A DNA stretch of 52,145 bases from Fidelibacterota bacterium (GTDB taxonomy: Bacteria; Fidelibacterota; Marinisomatia; Marinisomatales; UBA2128). Below are positions 19,098-29,137 of the stretch, in pieces. The notes beneath the pieces are model-generated. The model saw nothing but the letters and a program-made list of their open reading frames with translations. It was not told where the DNA came from and searched no databases. The DNA lies in NCBI GenBank assembly GCA_046861645.1, contig JBHHUM010000009.1, positions 1 to 52,145 of the forward strand, written 5' to 3'. Numbering within the stretch: the first letter of the stretch is position 1; every line of letters begins with the position of its first letter. Position numbers and translations under genes: made by a program.

Positions 19098-19774
19098 GAT
19101 ATTGTCTCCTTATTAAAAGCTTTTCTGGCAGTAGTAATAAACTGGCTAACCCTGTGGGGATCATTTCTCATTTGCTTATCCTTGACCCCGGTATGAACAT
19201 CTACACCGGCAGGCCTGACGATACGGATGGCTGCGGAGATGTTGCCACCATGAAGTCCCCCTGCCAGGATGACTGGTCGCTCCGATAGTCCCACCAGTTT
19301 GCGGCTGATGTCCCAATCGTGAGTACGACCGGTAGCTCCTTTTGCTCCGGTAGAGGAATCGTATGTATCAGTGATGAATGCATCTACATAAGGAGAGTAT
19401 TCTTCTACAGCTTTTTCTAACTGAGTAAGATTGTCATTGCTGATCACAAGACTTTTTATTATAAAGAAGTCAGAAGTCTTGTTCCTCAGGCGGGTGACCT
19501 CCTTAACAGGAGTATCACCATGCAACTGTACCCAGTGAACACCAAGATAATTGCAAAAATTCACAATTTCTTCTGACCGTTCAAGATAGGTGATTAGCAC
19601 TGGTTTCACATGACTATGGAGTCTGTGAATGATTTTCTTGGCACTTTCTTCGGAAAGATACGGGTTGTGGATATAGAGACGTAGAGGGAAACCAATAGCG
19701 TCCACTCCGGCGGTAACCAAAACATCTGCATCTGTAGAATCATGGACACCGGCGATCTGGATATAATTTTTCAT
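19094..19774 (-). CDS. trpF: Phosphoribosylanthranilate isomerase family protein
   Basis: IQIAGV, VQLHG, GATGRTHDW, ILAGGL, PAGVDVHTGV; start reassigned to MKNYIQ (19774). Confidence 0.82.
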   Translation of the reverse strand: MKNYIQIAGVHDSTDADVLVTAGVDAIGFPLRLYIHNPYLSEESAKKIIHRLHSHVKPVLITYLERSEEIVNFCNYLGVHWVQLHGDTPVKEVTRLRNKTSDFFIIKSLVISNDNLTQLEKAVEEYSPYVDAFITDTYDSSTGAKGATGRTHDWDISRKLVGLSERPVILAGGLHGGNISAAIRIVRPAGVDVHTGVKDKQMRNDPHRVSQFITTARKAFNKETIS

Positions 19775-20136
19775 CAAACTTATAGAATGGTGGAATTTAA
19801 ACTGTTCGGGGGGCAACTGGCAGTATTAAACCAATATTCCCATATTAAATTGTTCAGGGTCAGACCTTTGTGTATGGGAGATTAGTCTATTGAACTTCAG
19901 TAGAGTTCTTTCGTCCTTTGTTTACCTGTCAAAATTACTAGACAACCAAGAGTAAGAATTCTTTTCGTGAGGTAGGACTGGAACAAGCGTCGAATATTTG
20001 ATACAAAATCCAAACCTTTGATAAATCTTAACATATCCATGAGTTGTCGGCAGGTTGATTTTATTGATTCCATTTAAATCGAGTAGAATTTACTCTTCAA
20101 TATCGCCATTAGAGATTAAACTCATTTGTAATAGGG

Positions 20137-20793
20137 ATGGGAAAAACAAAGTATAAGCACATTATCTGGGACTGGAACGGCACTCTTTTAGATGATGCCT
20201 GGCTTTGTGTGGATATCATGAATGGTGTTCTCTCTCGTCGGGGAATGCCAGTCATTACCCTTCAGAAATATCAAGAATTGTTCAACTTCCCAGTAATTGA
20301 CTACTATGTGCGGTTGGGGTTTGATTTTGAGAAAGAGCCTTTTGAAATTGTAGGAACTGAATTCATCGATTACTACGAGGAACGTCGTCATGAAGTCCTT
20401 TTACAGAAGGATGTTCAAACCGTACTTATGGCTGTCAGGGATGCTGGTCTTACCCAATCGCTCCTTTCAGCCTATAAACAAAGTACACTCGATGAGTTAG
20501 TAGCTTATCATCAGTTGAGTGACTATTTCCTCAAAATCATGGGTTTAGACAATCATTATGCCCATAGCAAGGTAGAGATCGGCAAGGAGTGGATAAATGA
20601 AATGCAATATGGTAACCATGAGGTTCTTTTTGTAGGAGATACCGTTCATGATCACGAAGTAGCTGCGGCAATAGGTGCTGATTGTGTCCTGGTTCCCGGA
20701 GGACACCAGCAGCGTGAAAAGCTTGAAGCGTGTGGTGTTCCTGTTCTAAGTTCCCTTCGCGAGGTAACAGAATTTGTAGGAAATACCATTTGA
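20137..20793 (+). CDS. HAD-superfamily hydrolase (phosphoglycolate phosphatase-like)
   Basis: WDWNGTLLD motif I; FVGDTVHD motif IV. Confidence 0.9.
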   Translation: MGKTKYKHIIWDWNGTLLDDAWLCVDIMNGVLSRRGMPVITLQKYQELFNFPVIDYYVRLGFDFEKEPFEIVGTEFIDYYEERRHEVLLQKDVQTVLMAVRDAGLTQSLLSAYKQSTLDELVAYHQLSDYFLKIMGLDNHYAHSKVEIGKEWINEMQYGNHEVLFVGDTVHDHEVAAAIGADCVLVPGGHQQREKLEACGVPVLSSLREVTEFVGNTI

Positions 20794-20803
20794 GGATTAC
20801 ACT

Positions 20804-21007
20804 ATGAAACGAGGAATAGTGAAAGAATTCGATAAATATAAGGGTTTCGGTTTTATCAGTAGCGATGACGGTGAAGACTATTTTGTGCATGTAAGTGGTT
20901 TGCGCGTGGACCTTAAAAGTCGTGGCTTACGTCCGGGTCAACGGGTCATGTTCGACATCCAGTACGATGTGAAAGGAGATAAAGCGGTAAACGTGAGACT
21001 GAAATGA
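20804..21007 (+). CDS. Cold-shock domain protein
   Basis: KGFGFI (RNP1), YFVHVS (RNP2), KAVNV. Confidence 0.93.
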   Translation: MKRGIVKEFDKYKGFGFISSDDGEDYFVHVSGLRVDLKSRGLRPGQRVMFDIQYDVKGDKAVNVRLK

Positions 21008-21786
21008 TGTCTACTAAGAGGAAGGAAGATATTGCCAGAAGTTGGTTGAAACGATATACCGGTACGGGACCGGAGGCTTATGGAGATTGGATTCTTCTCA
21101 CGAATTTTCAGAATTATGTGGAGATGTTTGCTCAGCAGTTTAATGCTCAGGTAAGGGGAGCAGGTGGACCGATGACATCAGCAACGAACAGTGACGGTTT
21201 GAGTATCATCAATTTTGGTATCGGTAGCGCCAATGCTGCTACCATTATGGATCTTCTTTCAGCTATTCAACCCAAGGGAGTACTCTTTCTGGGCAAGTGT
21301 GGAGGGGTCAAACAGTCCACTGAGATTGGACACTTCATTTTACCTGTTGCTGCTATTAGAGGAGAGGGGACCAGCGATGACTACTTCCCCGGTGAAGTTC
21401 CAGCCATGCCATCCTTCAAACTCCACAAATATGTTTCCCAGATTCTAGTGGAACGCCAACTTGAATATCGAACAGGTGTCATCTATACTACTAATCGACG
21501 GGTGTGGGAACATGACGAAGTTTTCAAGGAGTATCTCAGAGAAATACGGGTTCTGGGGATTGATATGGAGACAGCGACTATTTTTATTACCGGTTTGGCA
21601 AACAGCATCGCTCGGGGAGCGCTATTGCTGGTTTCAGATCGACCTATGACTCCAGAAGGGATCAAAACTGAGGAATCAGATAGTGCCATCACTTTGAAAT
21701 ATACCAACCTCCATCTGGATATTGGTATCCAGGCTATGTCCCGTATTGACAGTGAGGGTGAAGCTATAAAACATTACCTTTACTAA
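21004..21786 (+). CDS. amn: AMP nucleosidase (short Bacteroidota-type, PNP/UDP family)
   Basis: ILLTNF, FGIGSANAATIMDLL, LGKCGG, RGEGTS, TTNRRVWE, IDMETAT, LLLVSD. Confidence 0.88.
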   Translation: MMSTKRKEDIARSWLKRYTGTGPEAYGDWILLTNFQNYVEMFAQQFNAQVRGAGGPMTSATNSDGLSIINFGIGSANAATIMDLLSAIQPKGVLFLGKCGGVKQSTEIGHFILPVAAIRGEGTSDDYFPGEVPAMPSFKLHKYVSQILVERQLEYRTGVIYTTNRRVWEHDEVFKEYLREIRVLGIDMETATIFITGLANSIARGALLLVSDRPMTPEGIKTEESDSAITLKYTNLHLDIGIQAMSRIDSEGEAIKHYLY

Positions 21787-21787
21787 A

Positions 21788-22645
21788 TTGAAGATCTGTT
21801 TTATTAAAAGAGTAATAATCTTGCTGTCACTTTTGACGGTAGCTGTAGCACAAGAACCCCTCCGCGTGGTTACTTTTAACCTGTTGGGTATGAAACCCGG
21901 TTCCCAGTGGAAAAACAGACTCCAGTGTGCAATTGATCAACTTGTGGAACTTGCGCCAGATATTATTGCTTTGCAAGAAGTGAACGAAAGTGTAGAGACC
22001 GGCGGCAGGGATAATACTGCCGAAGCCATTGCCCTGGCACTATCTAAAATGACTGGCGAAAAATACCGGGTCTCTATGGCTCGAACACACAAGTCGTGGG
22101 GGGATATTGCCTGGGAAGGTATTGCGATCATCAGTAGGTTTCCTGTAAAGCAGCGTGGATGGAAGGCTTTAGCTCTGGGTGAAGTCCCCCGGAAGGTATT
22201 GTGGAATGCCATCGAAACTCCTGCCGGGACCGTCAATATTCTAAACACGCATCTGGCTTACAAGGAAGATCATAATGCCATTCGGGAAGAACAGGTAGTA
22301 CAGATCTTGGAATTTGCCACGGATAAACTCGCTGGTGTACCTGCTTGGGCAACACTTCTAACTGGTGATTTGAATGCCACTCCCGAATCCAGTCCTCTGC
22401 AGATGTTGACGGGAGGTATAGATCCTTTTTTCCAGGATGTGTACTTAGTAGCTGACAATAATGATGAAGAATACACAGTACCAGCTGAGGCCCCCAAGAA
22501 GAGGATAGATTACATCTTATTGGCTGTGGGGTCGAAGGCGATCATTAAAGAATCCTATCCCGTAATGGATAGACTTTGCAGCACAGGTGGCTTGGCCTCT
22601 GATCATCTGGGTGTGCTGGCCGTGATTGAACCTATCAGTAAGTAG
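21788..22645 (+). CDS. Secreted endonuclease/exonuclease/phosphatase family protein
   Basis: Signal peptide; VTFNL, ALQEV, NTHL, TGDLNA, RIDYI, ASDHL. Confidence 0.88.
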   Translation: MKICFIKRVIILLSLLTVAVAQEPLRVVTFNLLGMKPGSQWKNRLQCAIDQLVELAPDIIALQEVNESVETGGRDNTAEAIALALSKMTGEKYRVSMARTHKSWGDIAWEGIAIISRFPVKQRGWKALALGEVPRKVLWNAIETPAGTVNILNTHLAYKEDHNAIREEQVVQILEFATDKLAGVPAWATLLTGDLNATPESSPLQMLTGGIDPFFQDVYLVADNNDEEYTVPAEAPKKRIDYILLAVGSKAIIKESYPVMDRLCSTGGLASDHLGVLAVIEPISK

Positions 22646-22842
22646 TGTTCTCATCTACCAGTTCACTTATTAACTTAGAAGAAAGTGCTGACCGACGAAG
22701 CATCTTATTTTTTAATCAATTTGTGGAAGGATAAAGTAATCTCTCTTTTAGACCATATAACTTTGCTTTTTCATGGAAAAGTGCACGGTAATAAAAGTAT
22801 CTTTTAGTATATAAATGAGGTCATTAAGTTAAAAAACACGTT

Positions 22843-24600
22843 GTGCCAACACTTGTCATTAGAGTTCTGTCTATTTTGCTTACCGGAATGGTAGGTTTGC
22901 CACCAGTTGTTTTAGCAGAGGGAATTATTTTCTCTGATATATCTATTGAAGCTGGAATTATACATTCCATCAGTGGTGAGGGCGTTTGCATCTTTGATTA
23001 TGATGGAGACGGCTGGAGTGACATCCTTGTGGCAGATTTTAACGGTCAGAATCTGTTGTACCATAATCTTGGTGATATGACTTTCGAAGAGGTAAGCGCT
23101 GAAGCTGGGCTCGCTACTGGAGAAAGTACCCGGCTGGTATTAGCTGGGGATTATGACAATGATGGCGATGTTGACCTCTTCATGGGAGTTGTTCAAAACT
23201 CCTCTCTTCTGTTTCGAAACAATGGCGATGGTACCTTTACAGATGTAACCACTGTATCGGGTATTTACAATGATTCTGACATTAGAGGTGGGGCATGGTG
23301 TGACTTTAATAATGATGGCAGTCTCGATCTTTACCTGGCTAATCTGCATGATAACAACCGTCTTTACCAGAATAATAACGATGGAACTTTTACTGATGTG
23401 GCGACAGAATTAAATGCTCTGGGTCCAGCTGCAACAGGGTTGGTTATGGGACTTGCAATTCTCGATTTCGATGGAGATCATGATAGTGATATTTTTATGA
23501 CACAGGATGGTTACAAGCGCAATTTCTTACTCAGGAAGGAGAGTTCTGGTAATTTTTCGGACTATTCTGAAGAAGCAGGTATTGATATTGAAGTTCAAGG
23601 GATGGGGGTTGCCTGTGGAGACGTCAATGGTGACGGATGGTTTGATGTTTATACTACAAATCTTGATGAGAACTCCCTTTTTCTAAACCAGGGTGATGGT
23701 ACATTTCTTGAAATAGAAGAAGCTGCTGGTGCGGCAGACGAAGCTATGAGTATGAGCTGGGGTGTCTTCTTTTTTGATGCTGATAACGATGGCTGGCTTG
23801 ACATTTTTTCCAATAATCAAAGCGGTTTCGGTCAGGTCCCCAGCTCCTTTTTCCATAATCTTGGGGATGGTACTTTTGAGGAATTGAGTAACACTTCTGG
23901 TCTGGAGCTATGGAACGATGGCATTGGTTGTGCTTATGGAGATCTGGACAACGATGGGGATATTGATTTATTTCTTGCTGGCACGCCTACAGAGAATGGA
24001 TCGTTACACCTTTTGCGTAACGATTCAGCACCGGCTAACTGGATTCAATTTACGCTGGAATACTCCACGGGTAATACTGCAGCAATTTCGTCACTGGTAC
24101 ATGTCTATTCAGGAAATATCGTCAGAACTTCCTTCGTATCAGCGGGAGATGGATACTGTTCTCAGAATACCTTACGGCAACATTTTGGATTGGGTTCATC
24201 GACCATGGTAGACTCAGTAATCATTATCTGGTCCGGTGGAGAGACTCAGGTTTTTGGACCGTTTTCAGCCAACCAGCACTATCTACTCAGTCAAGAATTC
24301 GGAGGGATTTCCCCTGACAATAACTTATTTCTACCTCAACAAACAGTTCTATATCCTCTCTTTCCTAATCCGTTCAATTCTCAGACCAATATTACATTTG
24401 CGCTGCAGAAAGTGAGTAATGTCGATCTGACTATTTATGATCTAAAGGGCCAGGTGGTTAAGGAGCTGATCAGGCAATCCATAGGAGAAGGAATTTATAA
24501 AGTTAAATGGAAAGCTTCTGACGTGCCTACGGGGTTATATGTTGTCGTACTTTCAGCTGATAACAGGACCAATGTTCAAAAAGTGATACATTTAAAGTGA
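22843..24600 (+). CDS. FG-GAP/VCBS repeat, ASPIC-UnbV (CRTAC1-like) protein with T9SS-type C-terminal domain
   Basis: Repeated DYDGDGWSD/DYDNDGDVD/DFNNDGSLD; QHFGLG; FPNPFNSQTNITF...GLY C-terminal domain. Confidence 0.87.
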   Translation: MPTLVIRVLSILLTGMVGLPPVVLAEGIIFSDISIEAGIIHSISGEGVCIFDYDGDGWSDILVADFNGQNLLYHNLGDMTFEEVSAEAGLATGESTRLVLAGDYDNDGDVDLFMGVVQNSSLLFRNNGDGTFTDVTTVSGIYNDSDIRGGAWCDFNNDGSLDLYLANLHDNNRLYQNNNDGTFTDVATELNALGPAATGLVMGLAILDFDGDHDSDIFMTQDGYKRNFLLRKESSGNFSDYSEEAGIDIEVQGMGVACGDVNGDGWFDVYTTNLDENSLFLNQGDGTFLEIEEAAGAADEAMSMSWGVFFFDADNDGWLDIFSNNQSGFGQVPSSFFHNLGDGTFEELSNTSGLELWNDGIGCAYGDLDNDGDIDLFLAGTPTENGSLHLLRNDSAPANWIQFTLEYSTGNTAAISSLVHVYSGNIVRTSFVSAGDGYCSQNTLRQHFGLGSSTMVDSVIIIWSGGETQVFGPFSANQHYLLSQEFGGISPDNNLFLPQQTVLYPLFPNPFNSQTNITFALQKVSNVDLTIYDLKGQVVKELIRQSIGEGIYKVKWKASDVPTGLYVVVLSADNRTNVQKVIHLK

Positions 24601-24655
24601 AAGTTAGAAGCACTCTTGGATAACATTCCTTAAAAAAGTAATTTCGAGGGATCCT

Positions 24656-25615
24656 ATGACGAGAAAAAGGTATTACTGGACACTTTTACTTTTAATCGTG
24701 TTACCGGTATGGTTACTCCCTCAAGGAGGTGTTTCCTGAAGGATTCCCATCCTCCCGGTCGGGAGCCTTGCCGAAAGGAACAGTGCTGAGACTGGAAAAC
24801 TGGTTGTAGGGATAGGTTATAAATATGAGTATCTTGCAGATGTAAGGGTGAAGAGTACTTCCTGGGAAAATCCGAATCATGAACGTACCAATAATTCCGC
24901 CTATATGTTTTATCTCAATTATAGTCTTTCCAATAATTTCTCTGTGGAGGCACTTGTACCCTGGCAGATAGTTACTAACGAAAAGATTCTATTCCCCGGG
25001 CAATATTCTCATCAACCTCAGGGTGGTAAATATGTTCGACATGCACAGGGTATGGGGGACGTGGTTATCATGGGACGCTATCAATTCAACATAAAGATGG
25101 CTCAACTTTCTGTTGGATTGGGTGTGAAGCTGGCAACTGGTGATTCTGAAGCGATGGATGATTTTGGAGTTCGTATTTCAGATAATCTTCAAATCGGTTC
25201 AGGTACGGTGGATCCTGTTTTCCTGATTTTTAGTGCCTATCCGGGAAACAAATGGTTATTCCTGGGAAATCTCTTTTCACGTATTCCACTCCGAGAGAAC
25301 ATCTATGGCTATCAATATGGAGCTGAGTCCCATGTCAACCTGGGTGTCAATTATGATCTATCAGATCTTATCTTCCTGAGAGGGAATCTGAACGGGATTT
25401 TTACGTCTCGGGATAAGTACCAGTATGGAGAACCAGAGTTTAGCCGGGGAGGGCGTTGGTTATATTTTATTCCAGGACTTGGAATAAGGTTGACACGTAT
25501 GCTGACAATGGATTTGCAATATCCTTTTCCGGTTTACCAGTATGTAAACGAAAGTCAACTGATCCCCACAGATCTAATGACAGTGAATCTCAGTTATACA
25601 TTAAAGGTAAAATGA
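24656..25615 (+). CDS. Outer-membrane beta-barrel (MetA-pathway-of-phenol-degradation-like transporter family) with in-frame UGA28, putative selenoprotein
   Basis: ATG 24656 encodes signal peptide MTRKRYYWTLLLLIVLPVWLLPQGGVS, then TGA (24737-24739), then continues in frame (RIPILPVGSLAERN...) into the 24848 ORF; barrel motifs GMGDVVI, GLGVKLATG, QIGSGTVD. Confidence 0.75.
24739..24769 (+). promoter_or_regulatory. Bacterial SECIS-like hairpin
   Basis: CTCCC-GGTC-GGGAG stem-loop (24752-24765) with GGUC at +21..+24 counting the U of UGA as +1; basal AAGG/CCTT pairing. Confidence 0.7.
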
Positions 25616-26700
25616 TGAGGTTAAGATTCATACTGATGACGCTTTTTCTATGGTCTTGTTCAGAATCCATTAACACATATTATGCCTTTGAAGATTTTGA
25701 TATTTTGAAGGTAGGTAGCCGTATCACTGATCTTGCTATCACTCCTGATGGTAAACTACTCGCAGCGGCAGATATGTCTAACAACAGGGTAATCCTAATT
25801 AATGTGGAGCATGAGATGGAAGTAGTGGCTCGAATCTGGGTAGGTTCGGAACCGAAATCGCTCGATATTTCATCTTCCGGGGATACTCTTTTTGTGGGAC
25901 TCTATGGTAGTTCTGAGATTGCTATTGTGGACCTTGATGAACTCGCTTTGTTGGGTACTTTCCAAGCTGATGAAGATGGTCCTTATGACATCGTCTGCCT
26001 ACCGGAAGGAAAAATCATAGCTTCATTTCTCTCAGACTATGCCCATAATAACAAGACAAAGTTATTCAATCTTTCATCTTCAGCAGCACTCTCCAGTAAA
26101 AATGCTGCTGGCCCACTTACTGTTTCTTCTGATAAGTCTACCTTATTCGTGGCTGATGATTTTTATGGTCCGGTTAGGTTAAACCGTTTTGATATTTCTG
26201 ATAGCAATCTAACGAACCAGATTTATTCTTCGCCGATTGCTGAAGAGGTATCTTTTCATGATATTCTGTTTGTACCTGGGAAAGGTGTAACTGTTGCTCT
26301 TTCGGGGCAGGATTTCGACGGTAGTGAAGTGGATTATGCCTTTCTTTTTGACAGTGATGATCTCAATTTGAAGGCTCATCTTGATGTGAAATCACCTGCT
26401 GTCGCTTTAGCAGCAGCTTCAGATGGGAGCAGTATATTCGTATCTCCCAGCTCAGCCGATGATGCCGGATTTTTTGTTATTGAGTTTAGTACCGAGACCT
26501 ATCTTCAGGCCAACTATTATATGACTGCAGGACCTCTTGCAGAGGGGGCATTAACGGTGGATCCTACTGATGAATATCTCTATGTTGCTGTGGATGACCC
26601 CTCAGATAACGGCTCCTTTGAACCATACTCTTCCAACTCGTACGATATCCAGCGTATTAAAATTGTACCCTGGGGTACGTATCCAATTAACTCTTTCTGA
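25612..26700 (+). CDS. YncE/YVTN-like beta-propeller lipoprotein
   Basis: True start likely 25612 (ATGA overlap), MMRLRFILMTLFLWSC lipobox; repeats LAITPDGK, VGSEPKSLDISSSGD, ASDGSSIFV. Confidence 0.78.
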   Translation: MMRLRFILMTLFLWSCSESINTYYAFEDFDILKVGSRITDLAITPDGKLLAAADMSNNRVILINVEHEMEVVARIWVGSEPKSLDISSSGDTLFVGLYGSSEIAIVDLDELALLGTFQADEDGPYDIVCLPEGKIIASFLSDYAHNNKTKLFNLSSSAALSSKNAAGPLTVSSDKSTLFVADDFYGPVRLNRFDISDSNLTNQIYSSPIAEEVSFHDILFVPGKGVTVALSGQDFDGSEVDYAFLFDSDDLNLKAHLDVKSPAVALAAASDGSSIFVSPSSADDAGFFVIEFSTETYLQANYYMTAGPLAEGALTVDPTDEYLYVAVDDPSDNGSFEPYSSNSYDIQRIKIVPWGTYPINSF

Positions 26701-26747
26701 GCGCATTTATTTGCTGACCTTCTCTTTGTCATCCTGATTAATCACTG

Positions 26748-28571
26748 GTGACTGGTTCGACGTATATTCTTGGTATTTCGGCTTTCTACCACGATTCTGC
26801 CTCCTGTCTGATACGAAACGGGGAAATTATTGCAGCTGCTCAGGAAGAGCGGTTTAGTCGCATTAAGCATGATGCCAGCTTTCCCACCCAAGCCGCATTA
26901 TATTGTCTGGACGAGGCTGGGATTGATGTGCAGAAGCTCACCTACGTAGCCTTTTATGACAAACCATTACTGAAGTTTGAGCGTCTTTTGGAAACCTATC
27001 TATCCTTTGCCCCAAAGGGATTGCGATCTTTCTGGAGAGCCATGCCACTCTGGCTGAAGAAGAAGCTTTGGATTCCTAACTTGATTGCCAAAGAACTTGG
27101 TTATGATGGACCTATACTTTTTCCTGAGCATCATGAATCTCATGCCGCCTCAGCTTTTTTCCCTTCGCCTTTTGCTGAGGCTGCAATCATGACAATGGAT
27201 GGAGTAGGTGAATGGACTACTACGAGTATTGGTGAGGGGGTAGGGAACAGTATTAAACTACTTAAGGAAATTCACTTTCCCCATTCCTTGGGACTCCTCT
27301 ATTCAGCTTTCACATACTATTGTGGTTTTCGCGTCAATTCCGGTGAATACAAATTGATGGGCTTAGCTCCTTATGGTGAACCTAAATATGTCCCCTTGAT
27401 CTATGAATATTTGATTGATGTGAAAAGTGATGGATCCTTTCAGTTAAATATGGACTATTTCAACTATTGCGTTGGTTTCACCATGACCAATCAAAAGTTT
27501 AATGATCTTTTTGGTGGATCTCCTCGAAAACCGGAAAGTGTACTGACTCAGCGACATATGGATTTGGCAGCATCTATTCAGAAGGTTACTGAGGAAGTGG
27601 TCATAAAGTGTATTTATCATCTCTGGGAAGAGACGGGTAGAAAAAAATTATGTCTTGCCGGTGGAGTAGCTTTGAATTGTGTTAGTAATGGTAAAATTAT
27701 TAGAGAGGGTCCATTTGAAGATATTTGGATCCAACCAGCAGCGGGTGACGCCGGGGGTGCCTTAGGTGCAGCCCTTGCGGTGTGGCACATGTATCTCCAA
27801 CAGCCTCGCGTTGAATCTGATAGTTCAGCAGATATGCAAAAGGGATCATATCTGGGTCCGTCCTATTTGGATGAGGATATTTTTCATTTTCTAAATAAGT
27901 ACGGAATTCCCCACCTCAAGTTAGAAACACCTGAAAGAACAGGTGCAGAACTGATAGCTGAAGGAAAGGTACTGGGTTGGTTTCAGGGTCGGATGGAATT
28001 TGGTCCCCGAGCACTGGGGAACAGAAGTATCTTAGGTGATCCACGGCGAGAGGATATGCAAAGTATTATCAATCTGAAGATTAAATACCGGGAATCCTTC
28101 AGGCCATTTGCCCCATCTGTTCTTGAGGAGCGTATGACAGATTGGTTTGACTCAGATAGACCTTCACCCTATATGTTGCTGGTAGCTGACGTGCACCGTG
28201 ATCATCTTCTGGAGCTTAAGGGTGAAGATATCACCGTAGGGCTTGCTAAGCTTAAAATGAAACGGTCAGATATTCCGGCGGTTACCCATGTGAATAATAC
28301 TGCCCGTATCCAGAGTGTCTCCCGGAATGATAATCCACTATATTATCAACTGATAAGAGAGTTCGAAAGAGTCACCGGCTGTCCTGTTATTGTTAATACC
28401 TCGTTTAATGTCAGAGGTGAACCCATAGTCTGCTCACCGGACGAGGCCTATATCTGTTTTATGCGTACAGAAATGGATTATCTTATTATGGGGTCATTTC
28501 TCCTTATTAAAAATGATCAGCCTGAGTTTATTGAAGGTCTGAGTTGGGAGCAGAGTTTTGCCGCCGATTAA
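26748..28571 (+). CDS. O-carbamoyltransferase (NodU/CmcH/SxtI family)
   Basis: LGISAFYHDSA, EHHESHAASAF, DGVGEW, GEYKLMGLAPYG, AGGVALNC, EFGPRALGNRS, FRPFAP, NTSFN. Confidence 0.95.
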   Translation: MTGSTYILGISAFYHDSASCLIRNGEIIAAAQEERFSRIKHDASFPTQAALYCLDEAGIDVQKLTYVAFYDKPLLKFERLLETYLSFAPKGLRSFWRAMPLWLKKKLWIPNLIAKELGYDGPILFPEHHESHAASAFFPSPFAEAAIMTMDGVGEWTTTSIGEGVGNSIKLLKEIHFPHSLGLLYSAFTYYCGFRVNSGEYKLMGLAPYGEPKYVPLIYEYLIDVKSDGSFQLNMDYFNYCVGFTMTNQKFNDLFGGSPRKPESVLTQRHMDLAASIQKVTEEVVIKCIYHLWEETGRKKLCLAGGVALNCVSNGKIIREGPFEDIWIQPAAGDAGGALGAALAVWHMYLQQPRVESDSSADMQKGSYLGPSYLDEDIFHFLNKYGIPHLKLETPERTGAELIAEGKVLGWFQGRMEFGPRALGNRSILGDPRREDMQSIINLKIKYRESFRPFAPSVLEERMTDWFDSDRPSPYMLLVADVHRDHLLELKGEDITVGLAKLKMKRSDIPAVTHVNNTARIQSVSRNDNPLYYQLIREFERVTGCPVIVNTSFNVRGEPIVCSPDEAYICFMRTEMDYLIMGSFLLIKNDQPEFIEGLSWEQSFAAD

Positions 28572-28971
28572 CTGGGTAAAGCGTCTTAATATTGATGTGT
28601 CTTCACCGAAGATACGCAGCTTTGGATCGATCCTTGCATTCATTCTCCTGGCAGTTGTTGGTTATAAATTCATCCGCTATGATGAATTTATCCTGATACT
28701 TCTTTTATTAGGAATGGGGATTGGTTTCACTGCTTTCACAGTTCCTCATTTGCTCAAAATTGTTTACGTTCCCTGGATGATTGTAGCTTTAACTATTGGA
28801 GCTGTTATCAGTTACTTCTTGTTGTTCCTGGTTTTCTTTCTCATTTTAACACCTGTAGGGTTGATCATGAAAATGTTGGCTAGAAGTCCCTTAAGGATGG
28901 GAGAAAAGGTAGACAGTTATTGGATCATGCAGGACCAAAACAAGCAGACTGATTTCAAAAGGATGTTCTGA
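28558..28971 (+). CDS. SxtJ-family membrane protein
   Basis: RSFG...TMs...PWM...FFLILTPVGLIMK...SYW...RMF; directly downstream of the carbamoyltransferase. Confidence 0.8.
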   Translation: MPPINWVKRLNIDVSSPKIRSFGSILAFILLAVVGYKFIRYDEFILILLLLGMGIGFTAFTVPHLLKIVYVPWMIVALTIGAVISYFLLFLVFFLILTPVGLIMKMLARSPLRMGEKVDSYWIMQDQNKQTDFKRMF

Positions 28972-29130
28972 ATGGGCCGCATTGGATTACTGAAGGAGTT
29001 TTGGCTTTATCTCAAGATTAGAAAGCGCTGGTGGTTAATACCTATCGTGATCTTTCTGATTTTTCTTAGTCTCTTGGTTGTACTCACTGAAGGCTCGGCT
29101 CTGGCTCCATTCATTTATACCATTTTCTAA
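28972..29130 (+). CDS. Small membrane protein, SxtK/DUF5989 family (52 aa, not in ORF track)
   Basis: MGRIGLLKEFWLYLKIRKRWWLIPIVIFLIFLSLLVVLTEGSALAPFIYTIF; RKRWWLxP and APFIYTIF signature. Confidence 0.88.
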   Translation: MGRIGLLKEFWLYLKIRKRWWLIPIVIFLIFLSLLVVLTEGSALAPFIYTIF

Positions 29131-29137
29131 TGTATCA

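Noticed and set aside
24737..24739. Genome-wide TGA reassignment (genetic code 4 or 25)
   Set aside because: Many intact genes in the window end at TGA at their expected C-termini (e.g. 24600, 25615, 26700)
25456..25611. N-terminal 52 aa of the 414-aa ORF
   Set aside because: Overlaps the barrel gene; the lipoprotein signal begins at ATG 25612
26748..29130. Saxitoxin biosynthesis cluster
   Set aside because: Only sxtI/J/K-like genes are present; no sxtA, sxtG or other core genes, and the trio is widespread in non-producers
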